Shown one piece after another: positions 46,923 through 56,711 of a DNA stretch of 64,000 nt. The position numbers and the translations under genes were made by a program. How positions within the stretch are numbered: the stretch's first letter is position 1; each line of letters starts with the position of its first letter. The stretch is from positions 1 through 64,000 of the forward strand of contig JANRKS010000006.1 in the NCBI GenBank assembly GCA_033763315.1, given 5' to 3'. The stretch is from Deltaproteobacteria bacterium (GTDB lineage Bacteria > Myxococcota_A > Polyangia > Fen-1088). The notes beneath the pieces are model-generated. The model was not told the DNA's origin, made no database searches, and saw only the letters and a list, made by a program, of their open reading frames with translations.

Positions 46923-48653
46923 ATGGGGACGAGATTGCCGAAGGGGACGCGGATCACCTTGAGGACCCGAGACATCGTTCGCGCCTGTGCGTTCGTAATG
47001 ATGTTCAGCTCGTGCCAAGGCACTGTTGGCAACACGGGCGACGCCACGGGAGGTGGTGGAACAGGAGGCGAGGGTGCCGGCGCCACGGGGGGCGATGACG
47101 TCAGCGTGAGCCCAAGCGCTGGGGGCACGGGCGTCACCGTCAACCAGAAGGCGTTCGCGCCCATGGTGGCTCACATGTTCCGCCTTACACGCGAGCAGTT
47201 GTCAAATATCGTGACTGACGTCTTCGGCAACAAAGTGAGTCTGACCAAGCCAATCGAGGCTGACGAAACCAACGAAGTTTTTCTGGCGGAGGGTGCGGCG
47301 TCCGTTGCCACATCGGCGCGTGGTGTTGAACAATACGAGGACGCCGCGTTTGACGTGGCCACCCAGGCCTTGGCCCAGCGTTCCGCCATAGCGTGGTTGG
47401 CCGCGTGCCAACCCAAAAGCGATTCTGATGCTTGTATTGCGAAGCTCGTGGCAGACGTTGGTCAGCGGCTGTGGCGAAGGCCTCTCACCGACGCGGAAGT
47501 TCGCGCTTACGCTTCCATCGTAGGCCTCAGCGGCAGCGATGCGGCCGCGCGCGATGTAGGAATGACATATCTGTTGGCCGCCCTCCTGCAGTCGCCGAAT
47601 TTTATCTACGTGGCGTTCGTCGGCGAGCCCGACGACGCGACGGGCATGCGGCGCCTGACGGGATATGAAATGGCGTCAAGGTTGTCGCTGTTTCTTTGGA
47701 ACTCAGGTCCCGACGCTGAACTGCTGGCCGCCGCCGGTGCAGGGAAGCTTGACGAGGTTGCCGGCATAAACGAGCAAGCCGCGCGGATGCTTGCCCACCC
47801 GCGTGCGCGCGCCATGGTTACGAAGTTCTTCTCCGAAAGCTGGAAGGTTTCACGCCTCAATGAAGCCTCGAAGGATCCGTCGGTCTTCCCGGATTGGTCA
47901 CCGGCGTTGCTTGAATCATACAAAGGCGAGTTTCGTCGCGTCCTGGAGGACATCGTGTTCGAACGCGATGCTGATATTCGTGAGGTGCTAACCGGGACAA
48001 AAACATTCGCTGATGCCGCTGTGGCAAAGGCCTATGGCATCAATGTGAGCGGAAACGGTTTCGTATCCGCGAACCTACGAGCTTCGCAGTCGGGGTTGCT
48101 TACCTCGGGCGCTGTGATGGCTGCCAACGCGTTTTCGCAGCGCACTTCGCCCACGCAGCGAGGTGTTTTCGTGCGCGAACAAATTCTGTGCGACGAGGTG
48201 CCGGCGCCCATGCAGGGCGTGGACACGTCGCTCAAGGAAGCCGACGCCAACTTGCCTTTGCGGGAACGACTGGCCGAACATCGAACCAACCCAGTCTGTG
48301 CCAGCTGCCATGCCTTGTTCGATCCGATCGGCTTGGCATTCGAGCAGTTCGATGGCATGGGCCGCTATCGTTCGACCGAGGCAGGCAAGGCGATCGAAAC
48401 GTCCGGCACGATCGACGACGAGCCGTTTTCAGATCCACGTGGCCTGGCTGCCTTCGTTAGCCGCCAGCCGCGCACGGCGACGTGTCTTGCAAAACAGCTC
48501 CTGACGTTTGCAACGGGTGGCGAGGTTGGGGAGAAACAAGAAGGCGCTGTTGAACTGGTGGCCGAACGTACCACCCAAGCGAACCACAGTTTCAAGAAAC
48601 TGGTTCTTAACCTCGTTGCATCGCCAGCCTTCAGGTTCATCGAGAAGGACTAA
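46923..48653 (+). CDS. DUF1592/DUF1588-type cytochrome c-like lipoprotein, copy 5
   Basis: FSSC lipobox; LWRRPL, LLQSPNFIY, MASRLSLFLWNSGPD, SPTQRG, EHRTNPVCASCH..FDPIG; AAGGAG RBS. Confidence 0.9.
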   Translation: MGTRLPKGTRITLRTRDIVRACAFVMMFSSCQGTVGNTGDATGGGGTGGEGAGATGGDDVSVSPSAGGTGVTVNQKAFAPMVAHMFRLTREQLSNIVTDVFGNKVSLTKPIEADETNEVFLAEGAASVATSARGVEQYEDAAFDVATQALAQRSAIAWLAACQPKSDSDACIAKLVADVGQRLWRRPLTDAEVRAYASIVGLSGSDAAARDVGMTYLLAALLQSPNFIYVAFVGEPDDATGMRRLTGYEMASRLSLFLWNSGPDAELLAAAGAGKLDEVAGINEQAARMLAHPRARAMVTKFFSESWKVSRLNEASKDPSVFPDWSPALLESYKGEFRRVLEDIVFERDADIREVLTGTKTFADAAVAKAYGINVSGNGFVSANLRASQSGLLTSGAVMAANAFSQRTSPTQRGVFVREQILCDEVPAPMQGVDTSLKEADANLPLRERLAEHRTNPVCASCHALFDPIGLAFEQFDGMGRYRSTEAGKAIETSGTIDDEPFSDPRGLAAFVSRQPRTATCLAKQLLTFATGGEVGEKQEGAVELVAERTTQANHSFKKLVLNLVASPAFRFIEKD

Positions 48654-48661
48654 GGAGCCTC

Positions 48662-50077
48662 ATGAAAAACTCGGGCAACAAATCATCAAGAATTGTTAGC
48701 GTGGGCCCAAAGGTCATTGAGCGTCGCACGTTTTTGCGCGGCGCCTTTGGGGGCGTGAGTTTGTCGCTGGGGCTTCCGCTGTTAGACGCCATGCTGAACA
48801 CCAACGGCGATGCACTTGCGGCGACGGGCGGGCCTCTGCCCATGCGCTTCGGTGTGTTTCATTGGGGCGGAGGGGTCAACCACAAAGCCTGGATTCCCGC
48901 GCAAACCGGCGCGAACTTCGCGCTGCCTGACTCCCTCAAGGACTTTGAGGATAGCAAGGCCTATCTGACCACCGTAACGGGCTTAAGCCACATCGAAGCA
49001 AGCCCCGGCCATATCCCGGCACGCGGAATCGCGTTGTCAAACAGCCATGACTTAAGCGTATGCCAGGGCAGCTGCGTGGGCGTGTATCGAGGCCAGGCCA
49101 TGCCCGAGCCTTCCCTTGATGCTTTGGTTGCTGAAGCCTGGAAAGGCCAGGCGCCTTATGATCTGCTGCCTGTCGGCATCTGCCGCAAAGGACCGTACGC
49201 CAGCAACAGCTCGTGGGCACGTGGTGGCACTGCGTACAACCGCCATGAGGCTTCGCCACAAGCCCTCTACGAGCGCCTCTTCTCAAAACCGCTACCGGCA
49301 ACGGGGAGCGGCGGCTCACCGGGCGTTCTGGATGTGGCCACAAAGATGCGTAAGAGCGTCTTGGATGTGCTCAAGGGTGATGCAACGGCTTTGATGGCGA
49401 AGCTGGGAACCACGGACAAACGCCGCCTGGAACAGCATCTGGAGGGCTTACGCTCCATCGAGGCGTCACTGGCAATTCGCGAGAGCATGCCGACCTCTGT
49501 CAGCTGCGCCGCACCCGATGCACCCGCGAAGAAGGACTTCGGCGATGGCACCACCAAAGAGGAGAAGGAAGCCAAATCCATTTTGATGTCGGACATTCTG
49601 GCCGTGGCCATCGCCTGCGACCTGACGCGGGTCTTCTCCTATGAATGGTCTGCCAATCAATCGCAGTCGATCTATTGGGAAGCCAACTCTACAGGTCAGC
49701 ATCACGAAGATGTCACACACGGCAAATCTCAATCAGATGAGCACGCCCGGATCATCCGCTTCATCATGAAGAACTTTGCCTATCTCACGAGAAAGCTTCG
49801 ACAGATCCCAGAAGGCGCGGGCAACGTTTTGGATCGCACGCTGATTTTTGGCACATCCGAGCATGCCGACGCGGGCGATCACAATTGGACAGATCATCCA
49901 CTTCTGCTGGTTGGTAAGGCGGGTGGCAAGGTGAAGGCAGGCGTTCACATTCGGGGCAAAGGCGAGATCGCTCCCAAAGTCATGTTTTCGGCGGTTCGAG
50001 CGGTGGGCGTCAACATCACAAAGCTCGGCCACGCGGACCGAGCGGTGACCAGTGGCTTTACTGAGATCGAACAGTAA
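48662..50077 (+). CDS. DUF1552 domain protein, copy 5
   Basis: ERRTFLRG...LPLLDAM; SVLDVL, RLEQHLEGLR, ACDLTRV, HHEDVTH, NVLDRT...SE. Confidence 0.9.
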   Translation: MKNSGNKSSRIVSVGPKVIERRTFLRGAFGGVSLSLGLPLLDAMLNTNGDALAATGGPLPMRFGVFHWGGGVNHKAWIPAQTGANFALPDSLKDFEDSKAYLTTVTGLSHIEASPGHIPARGIALSNSHDLSVCQGSCVGVYRGQAMPEPSLDALVAEAWKGQAPYDLLPVGICRKGPYASNSSWARGGTAYNRHEASPQALYERLFSKPLPATGSGGSPGVLDVATKMRKSVLDVLKGDATALMAKLGTTDKRRLEQHLEGLRSIEASLAIRESMPTSVSCAAPDAPAKKDFGDGTTKEEKEAKSILMSDILAVAIACDLTRVFSYEWSANQSQSIYWEANSTGQHHEDVTHGKSQSDEHARIIRFIMKNFAYLTRKLRQIPEGAGNVLDRTLIFGTSEHADAGDHNWTDHPLLLVGKAGGKVKAGVHIRGKGEIAPKVMFSAVRAVGVNITKLGHADRAVTSGFTEIEQ

Positions 50078-50147
50078 GCTTTGGTTGAACGGCGCCGCCA
50101 AGGACCCCGGCACGTGCTGCTCTAGGCTGCTGGCTGACCAGGCCCGT

Positions 50148-52190
50148 TCACTGACCTGCGTCTAGGACTTGCCTGACTTTGCGCAGAAGCAGGTCCGGGA
50201 TGATGGGCTTTTGCAGGAAGGCCATGCCTCGGTCAAGAACGCCTCGAGACAGCACGGTGTTCTCGGTATAGCCAGAGACGAACAACACACGCATCTTTGG
50301 CCGTAGGGCGCACAGACCATCGAACAGCGGCTTGCCGCCCATACCTGGCATCACGACATCCGTCAGTAGGAGGTGAATGAGCTCATCACTGTCAGTGCAC
50401 AGTTTTAAAGCCGTTGCGCCGTTTTCTGCCTCAATCACGCGGTAGCCGTTACGCCTTAACGTTGTGCTCGTCACGCCCCGCACTTGTTCATCGTCTTCAA
50501 CCACCAAAACTGTTTCGGTGCCCTGCAGGTTCACCAGCGGCTGCTCAAGCGTAGCCGCCTGCACCGCTTCATCCACGCGCGGCAGGTAAATCTTGAAGGT
50601 GGTTCCTTGGCTTGGCTCGCTGTAAACCAGGATATGGCCGCCGTTTTGTTTGACGATTCCAAACACCGTGGAAAGTCCGAGGCCCGTACCCCTTTCCCCA
50701 TCCTTTGTGGTGAAGAACGGCTCGAAGATCCGCTCTTGGGTCTGGGCATCCATGCCTTCCCCCGTATCGGTCACAGCGATCATCACGTAGGGGCCCGGCG
50801 TCACGTCGTGCTGGCCCTCTGCATAGCCGGCGTCTAGCTCGACATTTGCGGCTTCCACTATAAGCCGCCCGCCCCGTGGCATCGCATCCCGAGCATTAAC
50901 GGCCAAATTCATCACGACCTGTTCCATCTCTGTAGGATCGGCCCGCACGTGGCCGCAGTCCTTGGACAAAAGCAACGAAAGTTCGATGTCTTCGCCCAGC
51001 AGGCGGTACAGCATCTTTTGCATGCTCGCCAATTGTTCCGCTGGATCGAGCACACGAGACTCAGAGACCTTTCGCCGACTGAAGGCCAGCAAATGCTGGG
51101 TCAGCTCTTTGGCTCGCTTGCCTGCGCGGTGAATTTGCTCAATATCCATCCACACGGGTGAGCCTTTGGCCAAATCCTCCATCAGGAACGATGAATAGCC
51201 CAAAATGACGGAAAGAAGGTTATTGAAGTCGTGAGCAACGCCCGCGGCCAGCTGTCCGACGGCGTCCATCTTTTGCGCCTGCCGAAGCTGCGCTTCAAGT
51301 TCCCGTTGTTGGGTGACGTCAGCCTGCACGCCCACAAAATTCACCACTTTGCCAACTTCATCCACTACGGGCGATACACTTAGGTTGTTCCAGAACGTAG
51401 TTCCATCCTTGCGGTAATTAAGTAGCTCGACAGCACAGGCCTGGCCTAAAGCGAGGCTGTGGCGAAGTTTGGCAACCACCTCCTTATCGGTTTTGGGACC
51501 TTGGAGGAAGCGACAGTTCTTACCCAGAGCCTCGTGCGGGGGATATCCTGTGAGACGCTCAAAGCCTGGGCTGACAAAAACAATCGGGTTGTCGAACAGC
51601 GTGGCATCTGTGATGACGATGCCTTGTGGCACAGCACGGATGGCGCGCTCGCGCATCTGCAGCTGCGCCTTTTCCTCAACCAAGGCTTGATTGGACTCGG
51701 TGAGCTGCTGCGTCTTCTCCTCAAGTTTTCTGACCAGGGATGCGCTGTAGAGTTTGAATAGATCCGGCGCTTCTTCGGCCGCATGCAAGCCATCTGGCTC
51801 GCCCATGCGGGGCGCGCTTGCCATGGCGGCGAAGATGCGGGCCATAAGTTCAGCGGGCTCCAAGGGCTTGACCAAGAACGCATCGGCGCCCAAACCGTAG
51901 GCAAGCTTCTCATCTGCGGGTTCGGTATAGGTGGCCGTGTAGACCACGAACGGAATCGCCTTGAGCTGAGCGTCTGCTTTCCACTGCCGCAACAGGGTGT
52001 AGCCATCCATGACGGGCATCAATAAGTCGGACACGATAATGCTGGGGACAACCTGCCGTGCCATCATCATGGCTTCCGCGCCATGTCGAGCGGCCGTGAC
52101 AGCAAAACCGTGCCCCTGCAGCAGCGATTGCAGAAAATAAAGATTCTCCTCTTTGTCATCCACAATCAACGCGCGCAGGGTGTTCGTCAT
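50148..52190 (-). CDS. Hybrid histidine kinase REC-LOV-HisKA-HATPase-REC
   Basis: N-terminal REC; LOV signature GKNCRFLQG; AHDFNNLL H-box; FEPFFTTK..GTGLGL; C-terminal REC. Confidence 0.93.
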   Translation of the reverse strand: MTNTLRALIVDDKEENLYFLQSLLQGHGFAVTAARHGAEAMMMARQVVPSIIVSDLLMPVMDGYTLLRQWKADAQLKAIPFVVYTATYTEPADEKLAYGLGADAFLVKPLEPAELMARIFAAMASAPRMGEPDGLHAAEEAPDLFKLYSASLVRKLEEKTQQLTESNQALVEEKAQLQMRERAIRAVPQGIVITDATLFDNPIVFVSPGFERLTGYPPHEALGKNCRFLQGPKTDKEVVAKLRHSLALGQACAVELLNYRKDGTTFWNNLSVSPVVDEVGKVVNFVGVQADVTQQRELEAQLRQAQKMDAVGQLAAGVAHDFNNLLSVILGYSSFLMEDLAKGSPVWMDIEQIHRAGKRAKELTQHLLAFSRRKVSESRVLDPAEQLASMQKMLYRLLGEDIELSLLLSKDCGHVRADPTEMEQVVMNLAVNARDAMPRGGRLIVEAANVELDAGYAEGQHDVTPGPYVMIAVTDTGEGMDAQTQERIFEPFFTTKDGERGTGLGLSTVFGIVKQNGGHILVYSEPSQGTTFKIYLPRVDEAVQAATLEQPLVNLQGTETVLVVEDDEQVRGVTSTTLRRNGYRVIEAENGATALKLCTDSDELIHLLLTDVVMPGMGGKPLFDGLCALRPKMRVLFVSGYTENTVLSRGVLDRGMAFLQKPIIPDLLLRKVRQVLDAGQ

Positions 52191-52573
52191 TGGGGCGTCC
52201 TTGCCTGTGCCGCAATAAAGCTGGCCACCTCGGTCGCAAATGATTCGGGATTGATGGGCTTCTCTATGTAACCGTTGCAACCGGCTTGCAGGGCCTTTTC
52301 CCGATCGCCAGCCATGGCATAAGAAGTCACAGCAACGATGGGCGTTTGTTTAAGCTCGTCAAAGGAGCGCAGGGCGCGAGCCACTGAGTACCCGTCCATC
52401 GTGGGCAATTGGATGTCGAGCAGAATCAAGACGGGCTTCAAACTGCGCGCAAGGTCCACGCCTATGCGGCCGTCATGCGCCGAGACGACCTTGAACCCAT
52501 GGGCCTCCAGCAGGAACGTTGTTAGGTAACGATTGTGCTCGTTGTCCTCGATCAAAAGAATTGTGGCATCCAT
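52187..52573 (-). CDS. Single-domain response regulator (DivK-like)
   Basis: LLIEDN...LLDIQLPTMDG...VTSYAMAGDREKAL..GC..YIEKPI. Confidence 0.93.
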   Translation of the reverse strand: MDATILLIEDNEHNRYLTTFLLEAHGFKVVSAHDGRIGVDLARSLKPVLILLDIQLPTMDGYSVARALRSFDELKQTPIVAVTSYAMAGDREKALQAGCNGYIEKPINPESFATEVASFIAAQARTPQ

Positions 52574-52574
52574 G

Positions 52575-54224
52575 TTAGACCGCACCTTCAAGGGGCAACG
52601 AAAGAGAAAAGGTGCTGCCCTTGGCCCACGTGCTTGTGGCTTGCACCTGGCCTCCCATCAGCCCCGCCAATCGTCGGCAAATCGCCAGACCCAATCCGGT
52701 TCCTTCGTATTGTCGGGTCAAGCCTGTATCCACCTGGCTAAACGGTTGGAATAGACGGCTCAAATTCTCCGCCGCGATTCCCATCCCCGTGTCTTGGACA
52801 TCAATGCGAATCCCCGATCCTGGGGCTAAAAGGCTCCCGGCATCCGTCAACTGCACAATGATTTTCACGTGTCCCTGCATGGTGAACTTGATCGCGTTGG
52901 TCACAAGGTTGATGAGGATCTGCTCGAATCTGCGCTTGTCACTGATCATCGGCGGCAGCGCGCCTGGAAGTTCGCACAGCAACGCAAGCCCCTTCTTTTG
53001 GGCCAACGGGGATGTGAGATCAATGACGGCTTGAATTGAGCGCGTCAGATCGAAAGACTCACGACGCACTTGCAGCTGACCGGCTTCGATTTTCGATAGG
53101 TCAAGAACGTCATTGATGAGATCAAGCAAGTGCCTCCCGCTCGATCGCACCATTGATAGTTGCTTTCTTTGCTCGTCCGATAGGGGCCCGGCCAAGCCTT
53201 GTAGAAGAATTCCCGTAAAGCCAATGATTGAATTCAAAGGCGTCCGGAGCTCGTGTGACATGGTGGCCAAGAACGCAGACTTGATCTGGTCGGCAGCTTC
53301 TGCGCGTACCAGCGCCTCCTTGAGTTCCGCGGTGCGTTCATCCACCTTGCGCTCAAGGGATGTATTCAACTCGTATAAAGATTTTTGGACTGCTTTGCGT
53401 TCGCTGATGTCACGGATCACAGCCAACAAGTTGCCGTCGGGCAGTTGCGTGGCGATCACCTCGGCGGGAAACGTGGTGCCGTTCTTGCGTTTGAATTGCC
53501 ACTCCCGCTCATGGGTCGCCCGGGATGTGATCTCCTTTAGGGCCGGGCTGATGTGTTGCGCTTCGGAAGCGGCAACAATGTCGGTTGCGTTCAACCGCAC
53601 AAATTCCTCGCGCGTGTAACCCAACATCTTGCACATGCTTGGGTTGGCGTCGACATAGTTGCTTTCGGCATCCGCAATGACGATGCCATCGGGTGCGTAG
53701 TCGAAAAGCGTGCGATACCGTCCTTCGCTCGTTGTGCGTGCCTCTTCTGCTTCTTTGCGCTTCGAGATATCGATTCCTACGCCCATCAAGCAGGTTTCCC
53801 CAAACAACTCAGTCCGCGCCCCGGTGAAGTAATAGGGAATGCTCAACCCTGCCTTTGTGTGAAAGCCTGCCTCAACCGAAGAACGACCGTCAGCAAAGAC
53901 TTCACTGATGCGCTCCGCCACCAGCAATCGATCGGCTGGTGAAATAAAATCAAGCGGATGCTTGTTCGCCACCTCGGCGCTGCTGCAGCCTGAGACGGTC
54001 TCGAAGTTCCTGTTCCATCGAAGAAACTTACCGCGCGCGGTGTACAGATAGAAAATGCCGGGCAAGTGATCGAGGATCGCGTCCGCAAAATGGGGCTCGC
54101 CCCGCTTGGCGAGTTGTTGGCCGTCGACTTGGGCCCTGCGCTGCTGTTGTCTAGCGACGGGCGGCACCAGCCTGCCCCGTCTCGGCTTCCGTGCCGCCAA
54201 TCGCGAGTTTGAAGAATCGCCCAT
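52575..54224 (-). CDS. PAS-PAS sensor histidine kinase
   Basis: Two PAS domains; FLATMSHELRTPLNSIIGF; NLVTNAIKFT; DTGMGI; GTGLGL; AAGGAGG RBS before ATG 54224. Confidence 0.92.
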   Translation of the reverse strand: MGDSSNSRLAARKPRRGRLVPPVARQQQRRAQVDGQQLAKRGEPHFADAILDHLPGIFYLYTARGKFLRWNRNFETVSGCSSAEVANKHPLDFISPADRLLVAERISEVFADGRSSVEAGFHTKAGLSIPYYFTGARTELFGETCLMGVGIDISKRKEAEEARTTSEGRYRTLFDYAPDGIVIADAESNYVDANPSMCKMLGYTREEFVRLNATDIVAASEAQHISPALKEITSRATHEREWQFKRKNGTTFPAEVIATQLPDGNLLAVIRDISERKAVQKSLYELNTSLERKVDERTAELKEALVRAEAADQIKSAFLATMSHELRTPLNSIIGFTGILLQGLAGPLSDEQRKQLSMVRSSGRHLLDLINDVLDLSKIEAGQLQVRRESFDLTRSIQAVIDLTSPLAQKKGLALLCELPGALPPMISDKRRFEQILINLVTNAIKFTMQGHVKIIVQLTDAGSLLAPGSGIRIDVQDTGMGIAAENLSRLFQPFSQVDTGLTRQYEGTGLGLAICRRLAGLMGGQVQATSTWAKGSTFSLSLPLEGAV

Positions 54225-54556
54225 ACGCCCCCCTCCTTGTACGCGACCGTAGCATCGCCTAGGTCCCGCATGGGTGCAAATGGCCGATACAGATCCCGCA
54301 CAAGTGGGGCTGGCTTTCAGTACGGCATCATGCTCGTCATAACCGTTTAGGCCGGGCGGCATGGGTGCGCTTTGCACCTTTGCCTACCCCGGTCGCGAGG
54401 CGCGCCACTGGCATGGCCGGGATGGGTACGGGCTTGTGGGCCGTGGCCCAGCCGCCGCTTCATATGGAGTCGTTGAATCTTGGCCCTAGCCGCTGAGGTC
54501 AGCATATCGACGTTCCTCAGTGTTCGACCGCGTCCGCTTCGAGTAAAACCGGAAAG

Positions 54557-56590
54557 ATGGGCAGCAAGGTTGGCGCGATGTTTGTGATCGGAACGCTTTT
54601 GGCAGGCTGCGCTTCAGGCTCCAGCCAGCAAAGCGCCACGGTGTTGTTCCGCGATCAGTTTGACCAGCTGCGGCCTGGGGCCTTCTCCCATCCGATAGGC
54701 CCGCGCAGCGAGTATCACTATTTACCCGAGGTGGCTCCTCGCCAAGGGTGGACGATCTCCAACCATCTTTGGGAGGGGTCCCAGTGGAGTTGGCGCGTGG
54801 TGGAACGCAACGGGCAAGCTGGCCTCGCGCAAACATACGACAATCCCTACCCGCATTGGCATCCCATGGTGGTGGCAGGCGATCCGCTGTGGAGGGAGTA
54901 CACGGCGAACGCGGTGTTTGAAACAGCGTCAAACAAGCGGGTGGGCCTGGCGGTGCATTATCTTCATGATCGGGTTTACGTGTTCGTTGGGATCGAGGCC
55001 GGCCGATTCCTGATCAAGACCGTGAACCACGAAAGCACCTTTCATCAACCTGACGAACGCATTCTGGCGTCAGCCCCGCATGCACAATCGTCAGGACCAT
55101 CGCAGCTTGTTGTGCAGGTGCATGGCCCCGACGTTGTTGCCACGCTTGCTGGCCACACAATGCGCGCGAGCGTTCCTGGCCTAAGCCATGGCCGCATCGC
55201 CGTTGTCGCTTCAGGCCCCGCCACCTTCTTCAACGTCACGGTCACCGCGCCCAGGGACGCGGCGCAACGACTTGCGCAGGCGCAAGCGCATCGGCAGCAA
55301 GACGATATCGCGCGCAACAAGAAATACCCGGCAATGAAGCTGTGGCGAACCATCTCCACCCTCGGCTTTGGCGTGGGTCGCAACATGCGCATAGGCGACC
55401 TGGATAACGACGGGCAAAAAGAGCTCATCTTGGGTCAAGTGCAACACCACGGCCCCGCGGACGCGCACGCAGAACTTTCTTGCTTAACCGCCATGCGGCT
55501 TGACGGCTCAAAGCTATGGCAGATCGGCGAGCCCGATCCCTACCGGCACCATCTGACCAATGATGTGGCCTGGCAAATTCACGATCTTGATGGCGACGGC
55601 AAGACTGAAGTGATCTACACGATGAATCAACGAATCTTCGTTGCCGATGGGCGCTCGGGCAAAACGCTGCGTGAAGCGCCCACGCCTGCCGCACGGCCAG
55701 CACCCGGGCAAGTCAGCAAGTTCCCCCGCATTCTTGGCGACGCTTTGTTGATCGCAGACCTGCAAGGCAAAGGGCACCCCACAAGCCTCGTGCTCAAAGA
55801 TCGCTATGAAAACGTATGGGTCTACGACGATCAGCTGCAACCCCGTTGGAGCGCACCCTGCAACACGGGCCACTTTCCTTTCGCCCACGACATCAACAAT
55901 GACGGCCACCAAGAGCTGCTGGCCGGCTATTGCTTTTTTGGCCCCAATGGCGAGGCGTTATGGTCCTGGGAAAAACAACTGCAGGATCACGCTGACGGCG
56001 TGGCCATTGTGCGCTTGGGTGGACCCAACGCACCCTTAGATGTGGTTATGGTTGCAAGCGATGAGGGGCTGCTGTTGGGTGACACAGCAGGCAACGTGAA
56101 GGTCCATCATCGGATTGGGCACGCGCAAAGTGCGTCGGTGGCGAATTACCGCGATGACCTGCCGGGCCTTGAGATCGTCGTGTCCGATTTTTGGGGAAAC
56201 CAGGGCATCATCTTGATTTTCGATGCGCAGGGCCGCCTCATCAAGCAGTTCGAGCCTATGCAGGCAGGCAGCCCTGTGGTTCCCATCAACTGGTCAGGTG
56301 GCAAAGAAGAGCTGTTCGCTCTGGCTGCAGATGTGAATGAAGGCGGTCTGTTCGACGGGCACGGAGAGCGAGCGGTACGGTTTCCCGCCGATGGTCATCC
56401 AGATCAAACGTTCGCTGTGGCTGATCTCACCGGCGACGCACGCGATGAAATTTTGGTTTGGGATCCAAGCGCGGTTTGGATCTACACCCAGGATCAACCC
56501 GCCGCGGGTCCCGTTGAACGACGCCGACGCAGCGACGAGTTGAATCAATCCAATTACCAGATCGTGGTGTCGGTGCCGAAGTCCTATTGA
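54557..56590 (+). CDS. Rhamnogalacturonan lyase PL11-like / FG-GAP propeller lipoprotein with N-terminal lectin-like domain
   Basis: LAGC lipobox; GDLDNDGQKE, HDLDGDGKTEV, NTGHFP..DINNDGHQE, DHADG, GHAQ, DLTGDARDEI. Confidence 0.75.
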   Translation: MGSKVGAMFVIGTLLAGCASGSSQQSATVLFRDQFDQLRPGAFSHPIGPRSEYHYLPEVAPRQGWTISNHLWEGSQWSWRVVERNGQAGLAQTYDNPYPHWHPMVVAGDPLWREYTANAVFETASNKRVGLAVHYLHDRVYVFVGIEAGRFLIKTVNHESTFHQPDERILASAPHAQSSGPSQLVVQVHGPDVVATLAGHTMRASVPGLSHGRIAVVASGPATFFNVTVTAPRDAAQRLAQAQAHRQQDDIARNKKYPAMKLWRTISTLGFGVGRNMRIGDLDNDGQKELILGQVQHHGPADAHAELSCLTAMRLDGSKLWQIGEPDPYRHHLTNDVAWQIHDLDGDGKTEVIYTMNQRIFVADGRSGKTLREAPTPAARPAPGQVSKFPRILGDALLIADLQGKGHPTSLVLKDRYENVWVYDDQLQPRWSAPCNTGHFPFAHDINNDGHQELLAGYCFFGPNGEALWSWEKQLQDHADGVAIVRLGGPNAPLDVVMVASDEGLLLGDTAGNVKVHHRIGHAQSASVANYRDDLPGLEIVVSDFWGNQGIILIFDAQGRLIKQFEPMQAGSPVVPINWSGGKEELFALAADVNEGGLFDGHGERAVRFPADGHPDQTFAVADLTGDARDEILVWDPSAVWIYTQDQPAAGPVERRRRSDELNQSNYQIVVSVPKSY

Positions 56591-56608
56591 GCCGCTTCAG
56601 CCCGAAGG

Positions 56609-56694
56609 CGCGCAGGCGTTTGCGAACGCCGTGCGCGATTGGGTCAAGAAGCGCCTGCGGCTACACGGACACCCGCACGCTTGTGGTGCGGGTG
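56609..56694. terminator. Two GC-rich hairpins between convergent genes
   Basis: CGCGCAGGCGTT-tgcg-AACGCCgTGCGCG (56609-56637) and CACCCGCAC-N7-GTGCGGGTG (56670-56694). Confidence 0.5.
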
Positions 56695-56711
56695 CCGTGA
56701 CGAGCGGGGGC

